Assembly: GCF_009914755.1 (NCBI RefSeq)
Contig: NC_060926.1
Direction: 5' to 3' (one strand)
Length of the DNA: 64,000 bases
Origin: the human T2T-CHM13v2.0 reference genome, Homo sapiens
Numbering within the stretch: position 1 is the first letter of the stretch; every line of letters starts with the position of its first letter. The position numbers were made by a program, and so were the translations under genes. The notes beneath the pieces are model-generated. The model made no database searches and was not told the DNA's origin. It saw nothing but the letters and a program-made list of their open reading frames with translations. Below, in pieces: positions 63,395-64,000 of this stretch.

Positions 63395-64000
63395 TTGTGG
63401 TGGTAAAATACCCATACCAAAGTTTACCATCTTAACCATTTTAAGTATATAGTTCACTATTGTTAAGCACATTCACATTATTGTGCAACCAATCTCCAGA
63501 ACACTTTTCATGTTGCAAAAGTGAAACTCTATACCCACTAAACAACATGTCCCTTTCCCTGCAGATCCTGGCAACCACCGTTCTACTTTGTCTTTATAAA
63601 TCTGACTATTCCAGGTACCTATGTAAGTGAAATAATACAGTATTTGTCTTTTTGTGGCTGGCTTATTCCACTTAGCACAATATCCTCAAGGTTCATCCAT
63701 GTTGTAACATGTGTCAGAATTTCTGTCCTTTTAAAGACGGAATTATATTCCATTGTATGTATATACAACAGTTTGTTTATCCCTTCACCTATTGATGTGC
63801 ATTTGGGTTGCTTCCACCTCTTGGCTATTGTGAATAGTGCTGCAATAAACATGGGTATTATATCTCTTTAAGACCCTGCTTTCAATTTTTGTGTATACCC
63901 AGAAATGGAATTAAGGAATCATATGGTAATTCTATGTTTAATTTTTTGAGGAACTACCACTCTGTTTTCGATAGCAACTACACTATTTTACATTCCCATC
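63395..64000 (-). mobile_element. L1MB-type 3' end (runs off the window)
   Basis: TTTACCATCTTAACCATTTTAAGT..; minus-strand ORF MFIAALFTIAKRWKQPKC. Confidence 0.9.

Overview
Primate (almost certainly human) euchromatic, non-coding DNA. About half of it is recognisable interspersed repeat: about 30 Alus spanning J/S/Y, FAM/FLAM monomers, one 7SL retropseudogene, a 5'-truncated L1PA with a clean TSD, old L1M/L2/MIR, several solo LTRs (MLT1, MLT2, MST, LTR40, MER57, LTR47-like), one complete MSTA LTR-int-LTR element and hAT DNA-transposon relics. I recognise no host protein-coding exon and cannot name the locus. Almost all ORFs in the track are Alu-, L1- or low-complexity-derived, or are chance frames. 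I see no evidence of a new multi-gene biological system. The most interesting features are mutational fossils: (i) a complex templated insertion inside an Alu, copied from about 1.2 kb away and apparently from the pre-insertion allele of another Alu; (ii) a second local templated copy of about 30 bp; (iii) TA-cored fold-back palindromes; (iv) an Alu target site reused to give a triplicated TSD; (v) a chimeric flank + L1 ORF2 C-terminal ORF with a strong Kozak ATG; (vi) a TIR-bounded element with telomere-like hexamers; (vii) a motif-switched pentanucleotide repeat. Repeat subfamily names come from memory of consensus sequences, and old-repeat boundaries are approximate (about +/-20 bp).
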